Assembly (NCBI GenBank): GCA_964234715.1
Contig: OZ174279.1
Length of the DNA stretch: 64,000 bases
From: Podarcis melisellensis
Lineage: Eukaryota
Strand: one strand, 5' to 3'
In this document: piece after piece, positions 22,790-35,261 of the stretch
How the letters are laid out: every line of letters starts with the position of its first letter
How positions within the stretch are numbered: the stretch's first letter is position 1
Notes under the pieces: model-generated
The model's database searches: none
What the model was told of the DNA's origin: nothing
What the model saw: the letters and a program-made list of their open reading frames with translations, nothing else
Translations under genes and position numbers: made by a program

Positions 22790-23103
22790 GTAGGTAGCCG
22801 TGTTGGTCTGATGCAGTNNNNNNNNNNNNNNNNNNNNNNNNNNNNNNNNNNNNNNNNNNNNNNNNNNNNNNNNNNNNNNNNNNNNNNNNNNNNNNNNNNN
22901 NNNNNNNNNNNNNNNNNNNNNNNNNNNNNNNNNNNNNNNNNNNNNNNNNNNNNNNNNNNNNNNNNNNNNNNNNNNNNNNNNNNNNNNNNNNNNNNNNNNN
23001 NNNNNNNNNNNNNNNGAGATAGCACCTTATACACCAACCAAGTTTGTTCTAGTATAAGCTTTCGTGTGCGTGCACATTTCTTCAGATACACACTTCTTCA
23101 GAT
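22790..23103. mobile_element. Penelope-like element terminal fragment spanning the gap
   Basis: 'ggtagccgtgttggtctg' and 'gcaccttatacaccaac...agctttcgtgtg...ttcttcagata' resemble reptile Penelope terminal repeats (recognised from memory, not aligned). Confidence 0.55.
22818..23015. other. Assembly gap (198 N)
   Basis: Run of N. Confidence 1.
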
Positions 23104-23166
23104 AATTATAACAGAAACATTCTACTTAGTAGATAGATACTGTAGGTAGATAGATGATGATGATAG

Positions 23167-23202
<36 letters not shown>

Positions 23203-23780
23203 GTTCTTAGTGAATTGTTCTTAACTTCCAGTGCTGCCTTGCATTTATCTTCAGATTACCTAACATGGTAAGGAAGTTCAAAGTTTTGAAAAGGCAGTGC
23301 TGTAGACAGATTGTGTGCTTGAGATGCAGGGGAAAGGAATCCATCAACTCAAGGAGATAATACAGTCTTTATTCTTAATGCGAGTGCTGGCAGCCAATGG
23401 AGGCATCATTCAGCACAGGATCTCTTAGTATGACTTCTGAAGCTTTTCTTGTGGCAATCTGAATTCAATTTGACACACAGTCAGCTAATCAGTGGCAATT
23501 TTGGGGTATGAGCAAAGATAATTTATAGGCACTCAACCCTTTTCGATCATTTCATTCAGCAGTGTCAGAGGCAACTCTTACGACGATATCCATTAGCATT
23601 TCAGACAACATTAGTGGAAGTGTAAAACACTATTCACTTTCCCATTTACTATGGGTGAAGTCTTATGTATGATGTGGAGCTTCTACTGAAAACGACATCC
23701 TTGTGTCAAGCTTTCCTCCATAATACGTAAGCTAGTTATAGCAGAAAATGCCATCACCAAAACTGGCAAGGACGGTCCAC

Positions 23781-24912
23781 TTTTTAAAAAATATATATAT
23801 ATTTTATTAACCGGCCAATCAAATCAAATCAAATCAAATCACATAAATTCCAAATTACAAAGCCGAATTTTAAATTTTGTTGAGGGAACCCATATTTCAA
23901 GATCTGAAGGGGGATTCTAATCATCTTCTTGCCACTGCATTAATGTCCAAATCAGTCCAAACAAAGTTCATAATTCTATCCAGTCTTATCTTGCTGTTTC
24001 CACATCACATCTTGTTCATATATTTTCTCTTTTTTCTTTATGATCTCTTCTGATAGTCTCCTTAAGCCGATAAACACCAATAATAATCCTGTGTGAATTT
24101 TTCCGTTCTTCCAATTCTCAAATTGAGATGGTTTCCATATATCATCGCCTTCATAGATAACAGTGCTCTTTCCATCATTAATTACAGAACTGTCGTTCTT
24201 AAGTCCCACTGAGGAGTTTCACCCACAATATAAAAACAGCTCTATTTCTCTATTTCTCCTCTCAGACTTAAGTCCTCCGACAGAACTTCCCAATATGGCG
24301 ACGAAATTTTTAACTGCGTCATTCCAAAGCCCTTATACATTCCACGCTCTTCTTAAAACATGCTTTGGTTCGAAAGTTTATCTCCACACAGCCTTAAATC
24401 CACAGCTTAAGTCCTTAAAATGACATTTCTGACTTGTGAGGGGGGGGGATTCTTGTTTAATCACATAGGGAAAGAAATGAAAGTTTTTCCCCTCCCCCAT
24501 CAGTCCCTTTGCCATACCGAGTCTTGGCGTATCTTCTCATGAATCATACTTGTTTCTCCAACTCGTCTTGTTTTATCAGAGATCTCTTCTGTTAGCAGTC
24601 TTTACTCCCCCTTCTTCCTTGAAACATGTGCATTCGCTTCATCCAAATTGTTTCTTTTGAAGTTCTTGCAGCTAGTGGCGTGGATCAGAGACAGCGTCCA
24701 GGAGCGCCAAAATCCCACAGGAAGGCATTGTGCCTAGTGCCTCCATCCCCACAAATTCGGGGGTGGTATAGGGCACAGCAGGCAAAGGCGGTCCCCCACC
24801 ACAATCCTGGGGGGGGGGGGTAGGGAGGCTATTTACTCCCATCACAGCCTTCAATTTACCTCGTGTGGGTCGGAGAGATGTTATTGTCAGCCATCTTCTG
24901 ATGCGCCCCTAG
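23781..24912 (-). mobile_element. Short L1-related retroposed element (~1.1 kb)
   Basis: Minus strand starts near cagaAGATGGctgac (L1-type 5' motif), has a CpG-containing leader and an A-rich charged body, and ends (GATTT)n, AATAAA, A-rich tail; possible imperfect TSD ggtcc(c)actt. Confidence 0.5.
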
Positions 24913-27339
24913 TGGTCCCACTTCTGAGTGGGGCGGTGTTGTGAGCGGGCCACGTGGCCTCTGCACCCAGTGAGGTCTGGGCTAAGCCCCTTCATCATCT
25001 TGGGAAGGGGTACAGAATCAGGTCAGTGGGTTGTGGGTTTGCCAGTCCAATTTACACTGTCATTTTGCATGGTTCTACAATGGCTCCACGTAACTGGCTC
25101 CTACTGGGGGAAAAGCATACAACAAAGTCATTAACATGGGGCAACCAGAAAGTAATCCTGCATGTAACATCAGAGCAGGGAGAATTGGTACAGGAATGCC
25201 ATTTACAGTGGCAGCCCAGTGAAACACAGCCCTTTCTGCACTCAAGCATGTCATCAAATTCTTCTGCAAGGCGAAACAGAGGTATGCACAAGACTACAAA
25301 ACCCATGAGGTGATGCAACATGTTTAGTAGGAATACAAAACCCATGAGGTGCTGCAACCATGTGTGAGAACGTATGGTCAACAATATCCAAGGCCTAAAT
25401 TATATCAAACAATTGGGATTACCCATATGACAATGCACATGTAATCTGATAAATGTGGATGTCACCAGACGATTGGGAAGGGAGAAGGCTTGCTTGTATT
25501 TTTCTAAAGTGCTGCTTTCTTGTGTTTCCAGGCTTAAATAAATAATAGGTAAATTATTATTTGATGATGATGATGATAATAATAATAATAATAGAATTTT
25601 CATTGACGTTTTCATTTTAAAATGTTATTCATCTGACTTCAGAGCACATTCAGTGCTGTCCTCTGTTTAGTCCACAGCTTCTGATAGAACTCTGTTGTCA
25701 GTTATGGATAGTGAGAGCTTGGCTGTAACACCCCTACGGTTTGCCATTGGTTTGTGGAACCAAGGAGTGTAAGCTGAGCTCTAAAGTAGCTGTGTTCCAG
25801 TCCATTAACTGCCATGTAGATTAGGACCTGGTCTTTGAGCTCCGTACTGAAGTCAATGAGAAGTTCACGATTCACAGGTGTGGTGAGCTTGTATCAGTCT
25901 GTGCAGCTAATGAGCCATGGCGTTGCATTCTGTCCCTTTTTGGTAGTATCTTGGTGGTGGTCATCTCATTAACACGGAGCAGTAGATCCCAGACAATGGC
26001 AAACTTGCCCATACCTGGAAGGGAGTCTACACATCTGCCTAGAACTTCACCTTTGCTCCAACAGATGGAAGATGTACATATTTCTGTCATTTGAGTAGAG
26101 TCAGCATGGAGCAAAAATAGAGGGTTCTGAAACAATGGGGTAGTAATCAAAATCATGGGGAAAGTTAAGAGAGTGTGGGAGTCTAACTGGACAGCTGTGT
26201 GGCATGAGCAGGTAAGGACCAGCCATAGATACCTGGGGCCCAGAGCTCACAGCAAACAAGGAGAACCACCAATGGGGTGAAGCAAAAATATAGCGATTTT
26301 GAAGAAATCCAGTGAGGAGCAATGAATAGCATGTTGCATGCTATTCATCAGAATTGCTGGAAAACGGCAAAGCATATTTGCAAAGCAGAGAAAATGTCAT
26401 GGGCACCTCAACTACATGCCACAACCACACAAATACCGAGTCCTATTTTATTTGTACAGGAGAATGCTTCTTTCAAGACAAATTTCAGCATGGGCAAGGA
26501 CTCTGCAGGAACCACAGAAGAATGCACACAGGTGCCATGTTGGCTATCCCCTACGCAAGTGTATGATACCTGGTATGTTCTTGCCAAAGTAAACTCCTTT
26601 GAGTTCAATCAAGAAAGATTTAAGCATATCCATTGCAAATCCTACTTAGGGCCCATTCACACAAAAGACAAAGAGCCTTTATGTGGTCACAGTGGCTCAG
26701 CTGCTGCAGCAATTCTTGGTCCTGACAAATACTACACTCAACTAGATGCCCACTCTCATAATTCCATCACTACCTTTGTGGCTTCCCGCTGGCACTCCAG
26801 CTGCATGAGGATTCTTTGCACATTCTTGAAAAAACACTGTTACTGCTCTTTAGTGATTGCTCACCACTGAAGAGAGATGGCAGACCATCCACAGAGGACA
26901 TTGGACCACCCATCACTGATTTGTAGCAGCTGGCCTTAATACCAGACTTCTGGGTGGGGTAGGGAGGCTAAATGAGAAAAATTGTTGGTCCGATATAAAT
27001 GTTTTTTTTGGACTAGGGGGGAGGCTGATGTTTTATTTATTTGATAATTAGTGGCTCAGATTATTGCTTTGTTTATTCTTTGACTATTGTTCATGTTGTT
27101 CGTTACTATTTATATGGCTGTTATGGCTTTTTTTGCCCCATGGATGTTATATGAAATATTAATGTATTATACGATTCCCCCTGCTTTCTCCCCTATGGTA
27201 TTATGCATTGTGTATTTTTCTTTGCTTAAGTTGTGTGGAGACCTTCGGGTGACAAGCAAATAATAAGTTTAATAATAATAATAATATGGCTTCAATCTAC
27301 AGATGGTGATTCTAATTTTGGATGCTCCTGCTATATTTA

Positions 27340-27515
27340 CAGTCCTTTTTTTCTTTTAAAAAATGTTTAGGAGTACTCTCATTTTGACTCAAGAAAACCA
27401 CCATTTTATAGTTCAAATTGGGACAAATAAATACACCAAATGGACAAAAGTACAAAGATTCACAAAATGTTTAGGGGTATGCATACCCCTGCGTACCCCC
27501 CGAAAAAAAGCACTG
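27340..27515. mobile_element. Short MITE
   Basis: Imperfect TIR cagtccttttttt / aaaaaaagcactg; internal repeat aaatgtttagg(a/g)gta; TSD not clear. Confidence 0.5.
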
Positions 27516-30500
27516 TGTATGTGTGTTCAAAATTCTGCAAATAGAAATTAAGCACAACAAGAAGAAATATTCTGTCTTCACTCATTCTGCTAGTTTTGTA
27601 TTTGCAATGAGTTAGGCATGGAGCAATCCAGCCAAAATTGGGGCCAGATCAGGATTGCTGAATTGGGTCCCAAATCAAACTGGAGGTGACTTGCACAGCC
27701 CTACTAGGTCCTACTTAAAAAAAAAATCAAATTTGGGAATTTTTTAGCACTGTTCTAGATCCTAGCACAAGTATTGAATTTCAAATGAATTGTAACTCAG
27801 CAAACTCATGCTCTGCGCTCTCTCTCGATTCTTTTTTAGCATAGTGGTACCACATTCATCCCCAAAATGTCCTGGGAGATTGATTTTGCAGATCATTATC
27901 ATAAGAAACAACAAAAGGTGAACATGAGCATTAAAGAGGCAGGAGGAGAGTTTGAGGGAAACAAAGTAGAAGAATATTTGGCTTTAGAGACTGAGTGAAT
28001 TGTAACATCTCCCAGCTCCTCTCACAATTATCTCCTATCAAGATGAAGATTTATGAAGCCCTGTTTGTGAGATGAGCAATAGTTTCCTTCCCAAAGCTGG
28101 TTATTGACCAGAAATGTTCATTCCATAGAGCTAGGGATTAGATGCCCATTTATCTCCCTTTTAAGGGCATGCTATCATGAAAATGATTAAATATGGGATG
28201 GGGGTGCGAAATCCACTTGTTAACGCTTTCAGATGCATCAGTGTCAACATGTAAATGATTGTATTTGAACCACTGCACAAGAAAAGAGGTCTGATCCTCG
28301 CTCTCATCCTTTCTTACACATGCATCTGATAGCATCCAAAGGGCAATAACTCAGAGCTATAGCACCTGCCTTGTATGCAGAAGGTCAAACCATCTTCAGG
28401 TAGGACTGGAGAAAATTTCTCCCTAATATCCTGGAGACTTGCTGCCAGACACTACAGACACACAGTGCTCACAAAGAAGTGCAAGAGCTGCTTAAGCAGC
28501 TTTCAGTGTCATCTATGAAAATGATATTCTCTATGACTGAATGTGTCTGAGAATAATTTCATTCACTTTCTGGATTCTTCAGCCATGTGGCCCAGCAGCT
28601 CATTAGAAGTTGAAATCATCCGTGAATCGGTTTCTACTCTAAATTACAGGTGAATTTTAACATCCTGGGTGGGGTGGGGGGAAGTATAAAAATGATAGCA
28701 TTATTTAGTGTGCTCAATTAGTCAGTCCGTAAGTCAATATATTTGCAGGTCTTGTGCCTTACCAAAAGCTACAGAACGAAGATAGGCAACCCATCATTGC
28801 AGTCTCTGGGTACCATTACAATGATGTATGCTTCTGGGGGCACACCTTCCGGATAAGATTAATATTTTTGGAAGGCCAGATGGTTGACTATGCAATGATC
28901 TTGTCAACAGGAAAACTCTGGCATCCAATGCGAGCATAACCTTCTGACCCCCAGGTAGATGCCTCAGATCTAAATGATTCCAGAGTGAGCCAAACAGAGA
29001 TATCCATAGTGCACTTGTCCCCTCAGTATTCTTATTAGCACCTACATCATCTAGTACCATCTGGTATCTTTTCCTGAGAGATGCTGTAAATAAGAATTTA
29101 AGAGACTATATATATACATAATATCCTTGAAATACATCCACAGCTGCTACCTAATTCTGTACGAGTTTCTTTCATTTCTTATACTGCACACAAGGTATTA
29201 CATGTCTGGCTCCTTTCTTTCTTTCTTTCTTTCTTTCCTTCTTTCCTCCCTTCCCTTCCCCTTTTTGGTATATTTTTATTTATGTTTAAGAACAGCATCT
29301 AGGTACAGGATAATAAAAATGTCTTCAGCAGTACAGATGTTTGTCAATTTTGAGCCAGAAATGGGCTTTTGTTCTTTGCCTCACATGGCTCGGGGATGAG
29401 AAAAGGCTGTTAGTATATTTCTAACGAGAACATTTTGGCCAGAAACTAATTTATTTGTAGAACGTTTTTCATTCTACATGATGACCCAGAAACTGAAGCT
29501 GGGACAAAATGCTGCCACTCATTTTCAAATCACCTTTCATTTTGTAGAGAAGACCCCCCACGCCCCCTGCTGTTCTAATTTCCTTGCCCATAGAAATGTC
29601 ATAAAGCGATGCCATCACTTTCTCTAGCTTTAAGGAGTCTACAGTGCCTTTGTCACAGCACCAGCCAATCCCTGTCCTCACCTCAAACATATTTGCATGC
29701 TTAGAAGCCACACAGGAAAGGGCTGGAATGTGGAATGGCCTGGAAGTAAAGGAAGAATGAAAATTGTGGGACATTCACAGGGAAACAATGACCAGATAAG
29801 GCAATAGACAGAACTAAGGATCTAGCTGTGAACCCTGCAAGACCTGGTCCCTGTCTTTTTGTTAGGCTCATCTACATCTAGCCTATCAGGTATGTGTGTG
29901 CCTGTCTGCCTCACAGTTGTTTCCAGGAGTAATATTTGGCTTTGGCTAAGATGCACAATTGTTGCATCTTTTTTATATTTCTGTTGTTAGGCCTTATCAT
30001 GAATTATTAGTGGATCACTGGATCTTATGATACATTTATTATTAATTCAAGATGCTTTATTGACCTACTACTATTTGCACATTTTCTGTTGTAAGTTACT
30101 TAAACTTTTCTGATGTTCTGGTGAGCCATTTTGCACATGGTTTATCATGGGGAAATGGCATACAAAACTGATGATGATGGAAAAGTTAAAGAGCAGGAGA
30201 GAGCAGGGAGAAAAGGAGATTGGGGCTCCCATCTTTATATACTCACTTTTCCATATGATGAGAATTCCAAATGGTAGGAATTTCACTAGTTACCAGGAAT
30301 TCTTGTCTGGGCTAAGTATCTTTACTTACTTGAAACAAGGCAGGGGAATGTAAAGTGTGCTCCCCAGATTGAATTGTTCATGGTGTACATGTCAATCAGC
30401 CATGATGATATTCATTTAGCTGCCTGTAATTAATCTTTTGGCAAAATGGAATTCCACAGTAAATCTTAATTATGACCAGATGTGTTTCAATACAGACTTT

Positions 30501-32910
30501 CAACCCTTCAATTGCCCAATATGGCCTCTCTTGCTTTTTGAATATAAATCATTAATTAACTCAGTAAATAATCACAGGCATGCTGTAAGCATAATGAGGG
30601 ACCTATTAACTCTGCTGAAAATGCTACGAGCAGGATGCATTTGTGGGAAAGCAAATAGTTGCTTAACACAGGAAGAAGCATCGGTTGGTATATGCAGACA
30701 GGTTCCCAAAGGCCCTCTTGTAATCTGCATGCCTGTGCATTACTAATGGTGTTTACTTGCAGATCCATAAGAGAATGTGCTTGCATGGCCAACACATAGG
30801 CTGTGTAAAGTGTTACATGGTGTTAGGAGTCAAGTCTGCAGCATGCCTTGAAATGGTATTTTGAGGGATGTCAGGTGTGGACTGGTCCAAGTCAAGGACA
30901 GCCAAGTAGATGCCTTTCAAATTCTTTGAACTACAGTTCCCATCATCCCTGACCATTGGGGCTGATGGGAGCTGTAGGTTAGAACAGCTGAAGGCCACCA
31001 TGTTGATAGCCCCTGGTCTATGTCTATGCGTACCTATGTTTAGCTAAGGAAAGGAACTGCAATAGCCAGAACAGACAAGAAAATGGACCAGTAGATCAGA
31101 ACACGCCAGCTAATGCCCCCTGCACACTAATCAGCTTTTTGGAGGGTGGGGGTTGCTAACTAGGCAGTTTACAGCTAAGAGGCCAGCTCTTGGACTTATT
31201 TATTTAGACAGGTTGATAAAAAATAAAATAAATAAACACTATACATTAAAACCACTACCAGTACATTAAAATCACTACCAGTAACACAGAGATGAAATAC
31301 AAAAATGCAGAGATAAAAGTATATGTCTGGGTCGACTTTGTGAAATCAAAGAAAACTTTTTAACAGATGTCTAAAGCAGTATAGTGAAGGTGTCTGCCTA
31401 ATATTAAGAAGCAGAGAATGCCAAAGCATAGGTGCTGCCACGTGAAAAAATTAATTGCCCGCACACCCAGGAAGAAGACTCGAGAGAGGCAGCATTTGCA
31501 GAGCTAAAGGTCATATTTATTATAGAACATTAAGAGCTGGAGCCAATTCAACCCAATTATGAAAATGTGGGCAGGTGGAGCTTGGGTAAGTCAGGTAGGG
31601 ATGCATTGTTCCATTTCCCCAAGCACTGCACCTGGTCTCCATCTCCAAATATTAGGATGAGAGACAAAATTACCTGCCTCCTGGTAGAACAGTGGGTATG
31701 GGTACTTAACTTGTGTACCTTGGCCCTGCTGTCCAGCATTCATTGGAGTACATATTCTAGACCCCAAAGAGCACCCACCAAAGAACCTGCCAAATAGTCA
31801 GTGATGGAAGGTGGTTGGAAAGTGGTCTTCACCCAAGGAGGCCTCAGGTTGCTTACACTTTCCATTGACAAAATCCACACCCCTGACCACATCAGTTACA
31901 TGCCAATCAAGGAAGAACAGCAGCAAATTAAATACCAAACCACACTCAGTTAGAACTGCAGGTAATGTGGAGTCATGGGGGGGGCGGGGACCAGTCCAAG
32001 AGGTGAATCAATGACACACAAAAATCCTACTCAGACCGGAAGAGGGTGACTTGCTTAGACCACACTGCCATAGCACAAAGAAGGAAGATGAAAAAGGAGC
32101 TGGCACAACCTTAAATGCCAGTATGCCAACCCCCTTTGTGATTGTCCAGGAGGGCCTAGATAGATCCCACTCACTCTGTTTGGCATTGCAGCATTGCAAC
32201 AATCCACTCTTGAAACCAATGCCTGGGCTATTGGAATTAAGCCATCCCAGTACAGGAATGGCCACAGCCAAGGCCAGTAAGAGGCACTCCTAGGTATTGA
32301 GACCACCTGAACCTCCAGCTCAGTTTACTTTTCCTGCATGGCCTCTCCCCATTCTGGATCTCCAAGTTCTGACTCTTGAGAGAGGATGTCCTCCTTTCCC
32401 ATAGTTCATTAATCTGGCCTCCAGAGACACAGGGAAGGCTCCCCCCCCCATACTGATTCCCTACAGACTCAGATTTATGCAGTGGCAACAGCATTCTTTA
32501 TTATGGTCCAAATACCCACAAAAAGGGTTTCAAAAGCAAATGCAGCAGAGATACAGGGAAAAGATTCCAAGGCAGTCACTAAGATACATGCAAGTGAATG
32601 CTTTGTTCTTTAGATCTGTCGGAGCAAAAACAATTGGCAGGCTGGCTGAAGACTGTTTAATTACATCCACACACCTAGCATTGCTATATACTGTAATCCT
32701 GCTGATAGGCAACCCCTTACACTCCCTAAGGTGACTGTACCAGAGCAAAAAGAAGAAGGGAGGGTCCAGAACAAGGCCATAATTTCAGATGTGCCCATCA
32801 AACTTTGATTAAAAGTGACCTGAGCAAGAAGGTCAAAATGCAAGTCAAGGAGGTGACATTGACTGTAAGTGCGTAGACCTCAAAGGCCAAAAAGATCATG
32901 TTTTTTAAAA

Positions 32911-32948
<38 letters not shown>

Positions 32949-35125
32949 TAAAATGAAGCCTCAGTTTTAAAAATAGGGGCAGGAAATTTTCTTGTGAAGT
33001 GCTAGCACCCACAGCTATGCATAGCTGATGGAAGAAGCTACTCAAGCCAGTGCAGGTTGCAGAGAGAGGAGCAGAGTTCAAAAGAAAGAATTGGCAAATA
33101 TTGAAAAGGCAGGGGCTTAGTAAGGCAAAATACTGGTCAGATGGTAGACTACAGATGAGGGATTAGATTCTGAAAGCTTTCCATAAAATAAATTAAAATC
33201 CCTGAAGGAAGAAAACTAGCAGAGCAAAGAGAAGGCAGGTGTGTAACCTTTACCTACAGTGCTAGCTTTCTATTTGCAGAGCAAGGACCTTCACAAATCC
33301 ATGGGCCTCTGGAACCACTATCCCTGCCTAATTGCACAGGAAGCACATCAGGTAATCTCCAGGACAGGTGGCTGGCCTGTTGAGGTTCTCCATTCTTTGA
33401 ACAAGGGAAGCAGGGCTTGGGAGGGGTGGGGTGGAGGCCATGGGTCAAGTAGCCTCAGTTCACCTTCAGCCGTCCCTTGGAGCTGTCCATGGTCCTGCAA
33501 CCACCAACCTGCGTTGCTCAGCTGTGCCTCATGGACTCCTTGTCAGGGCCAGGATAGGACACAGTACAGACAAGAGGAAAGAGGCTGTTTCCCCCCTCAC
33601 ATATCTGACTGATGAACCACAGATATAATCAGATGCACACACATATGTGCATCTGAATGCCGATGAACTGTGAAGTGTGTTCCCAGCCACATTCTGACAC
33701 AATTCTTTATAATTAACTATGGTGCCTGGAAACAGGCAGTCAGGTCATGTATTCATAGCAGTGACCAGAGGAGGACTGACTGCTTGGAGGAGCACAGAGA
33801 GAAGAAACACACCTGCGCCAGCATAACCAGACACCTGCACCTGCCCCAGCTGCAACAAAACATGTCTCTCCCATTTCAATCTCTACAGCCACAGCAGGCA
33901 CTGCAATTCTCCAATGGTTTGAATCCATCTCCAAAGAGCATTCTTCCATTGTCTCCAGAGAGAGATGGATTCCAGCAACATGCAACTAGAGATGGATGAA
34001 GGTGTTTATAGATAACACACTGACAGGTAAGGTCCTGCAATATGGAAAGGTTGTCTTTTGGTGCAGTCTCTAATAAAATCCTCTCCCAAAAGTGAAAAGC
34101 TTCCCATGAGCTCATGACACTTCCTTAGTTCTACATGTACCATGGAAAATGTTGCAGACACATTTTTCTAATAGTTCTTTGAACCTCACAAGGATGAGAA
34201 CTTTCCAAACTTTGCTAAGAACTAATGCACGGACTTTGCCCAAGCACTGATTGCAAGCAAATGTATTAAACCCTTCTTATAACTCCTGAAACCAAACTGT
34301 GCCATTTTGCCCTGAAAATCCATTTCTGCCTAGCAGCTATATGCTGCAAGAAGCTATATTTTTTAAATAATAATAATAATACAGTGGATTTTGTATAATG
34401 TACAAACCTACAGTTTGCTATACCCATTGTCTCCTAAAAATAGCAATCCATTTCTCAGGTCAAGAGCGTTAACTGCTCATTCCCTGACTGTCTCATTAAT
34501 GTTTAAATACGCAGCTGGCAAAGCAATGTTTTAGAGCAGATTAACCCATTTACACATTTTGAAACACAGCTACTTTCTACTGTGCTAGCAAATCTGATTT
34601 TTCTAATATTGAGCTCAGGTCGAGATGTGTATGAATTAGTGAACGTCAGATCAGTTTGTAGTAGCTTCTTCTCACATCCCTAAACATAATCATAAAAGTC
34701 AATAAGAACCTAGTTGCAGTTATCAGATTTTTTTTTAAAGAAATTGATCAGCCTTCCCTTTCATTTCAAAGAGAAATTGCTTAGAAAGTGGACTGGAAGT
34801 GAAAACCCAGGTGGTGAATATTCTCAGCACAGATATTGTGCTTTCAGTGCCTCAGGGACCCATGGGTAGCCTTAAGATTTCAATGCAGTGACCATGCACA
34901 AAATTAAACGCGTATAGGCTCAGAGTTTACAGTTGATTCTTGGATGATTCCTGGATTTTGTCACTGAGAATGTATTTCAAATCTCCATGCACTGGATTTT
35001 GAGTGGTTTGTATTCAAGAAGCACTTCCATTTTCTTTCCTCCACACATGCACTCTGTGTACCCTCAAAAGCAGCCCCCTGTGTACCCTCAAAATCATCTC
35101 CAGAGGGTTGGAAGACCCTCTAGAG

Positions 35126-35261
35126 CAGGCATAGGCAAACTGGGCCCTCCAGATGTTTTTGGCCTACAACTGCCATGATCCCTAGCTAACAGGACCAGTG
35201 GTCAGGGATGATGGGAACTGTAGTCCCAAAACATCTGGAGGGCCGAGTTTGCCTATGCCTG
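35126..35261. mobile_element. Palindromic hAT MITE (136 bp)
   Basis: TIR caggcataggcaaact/agtttgcctatgcctg; 8-bp TSD ctctagag (35118-35125 and 35262-35269). Confidence 0.9.

Noticed and set aside
26322-26870. 182-aa plus-strand ORF
   Set aside because: No recognisable motif or supporting splice structure; could be a decayed transposon but I cannot support that.
31560-32900. Possible ancient Gypsy pol/integrase remnant on the minus strand
   Set aside because: Only vague resemblance to an integrase zinc-binding region; needs a translated HMM search.
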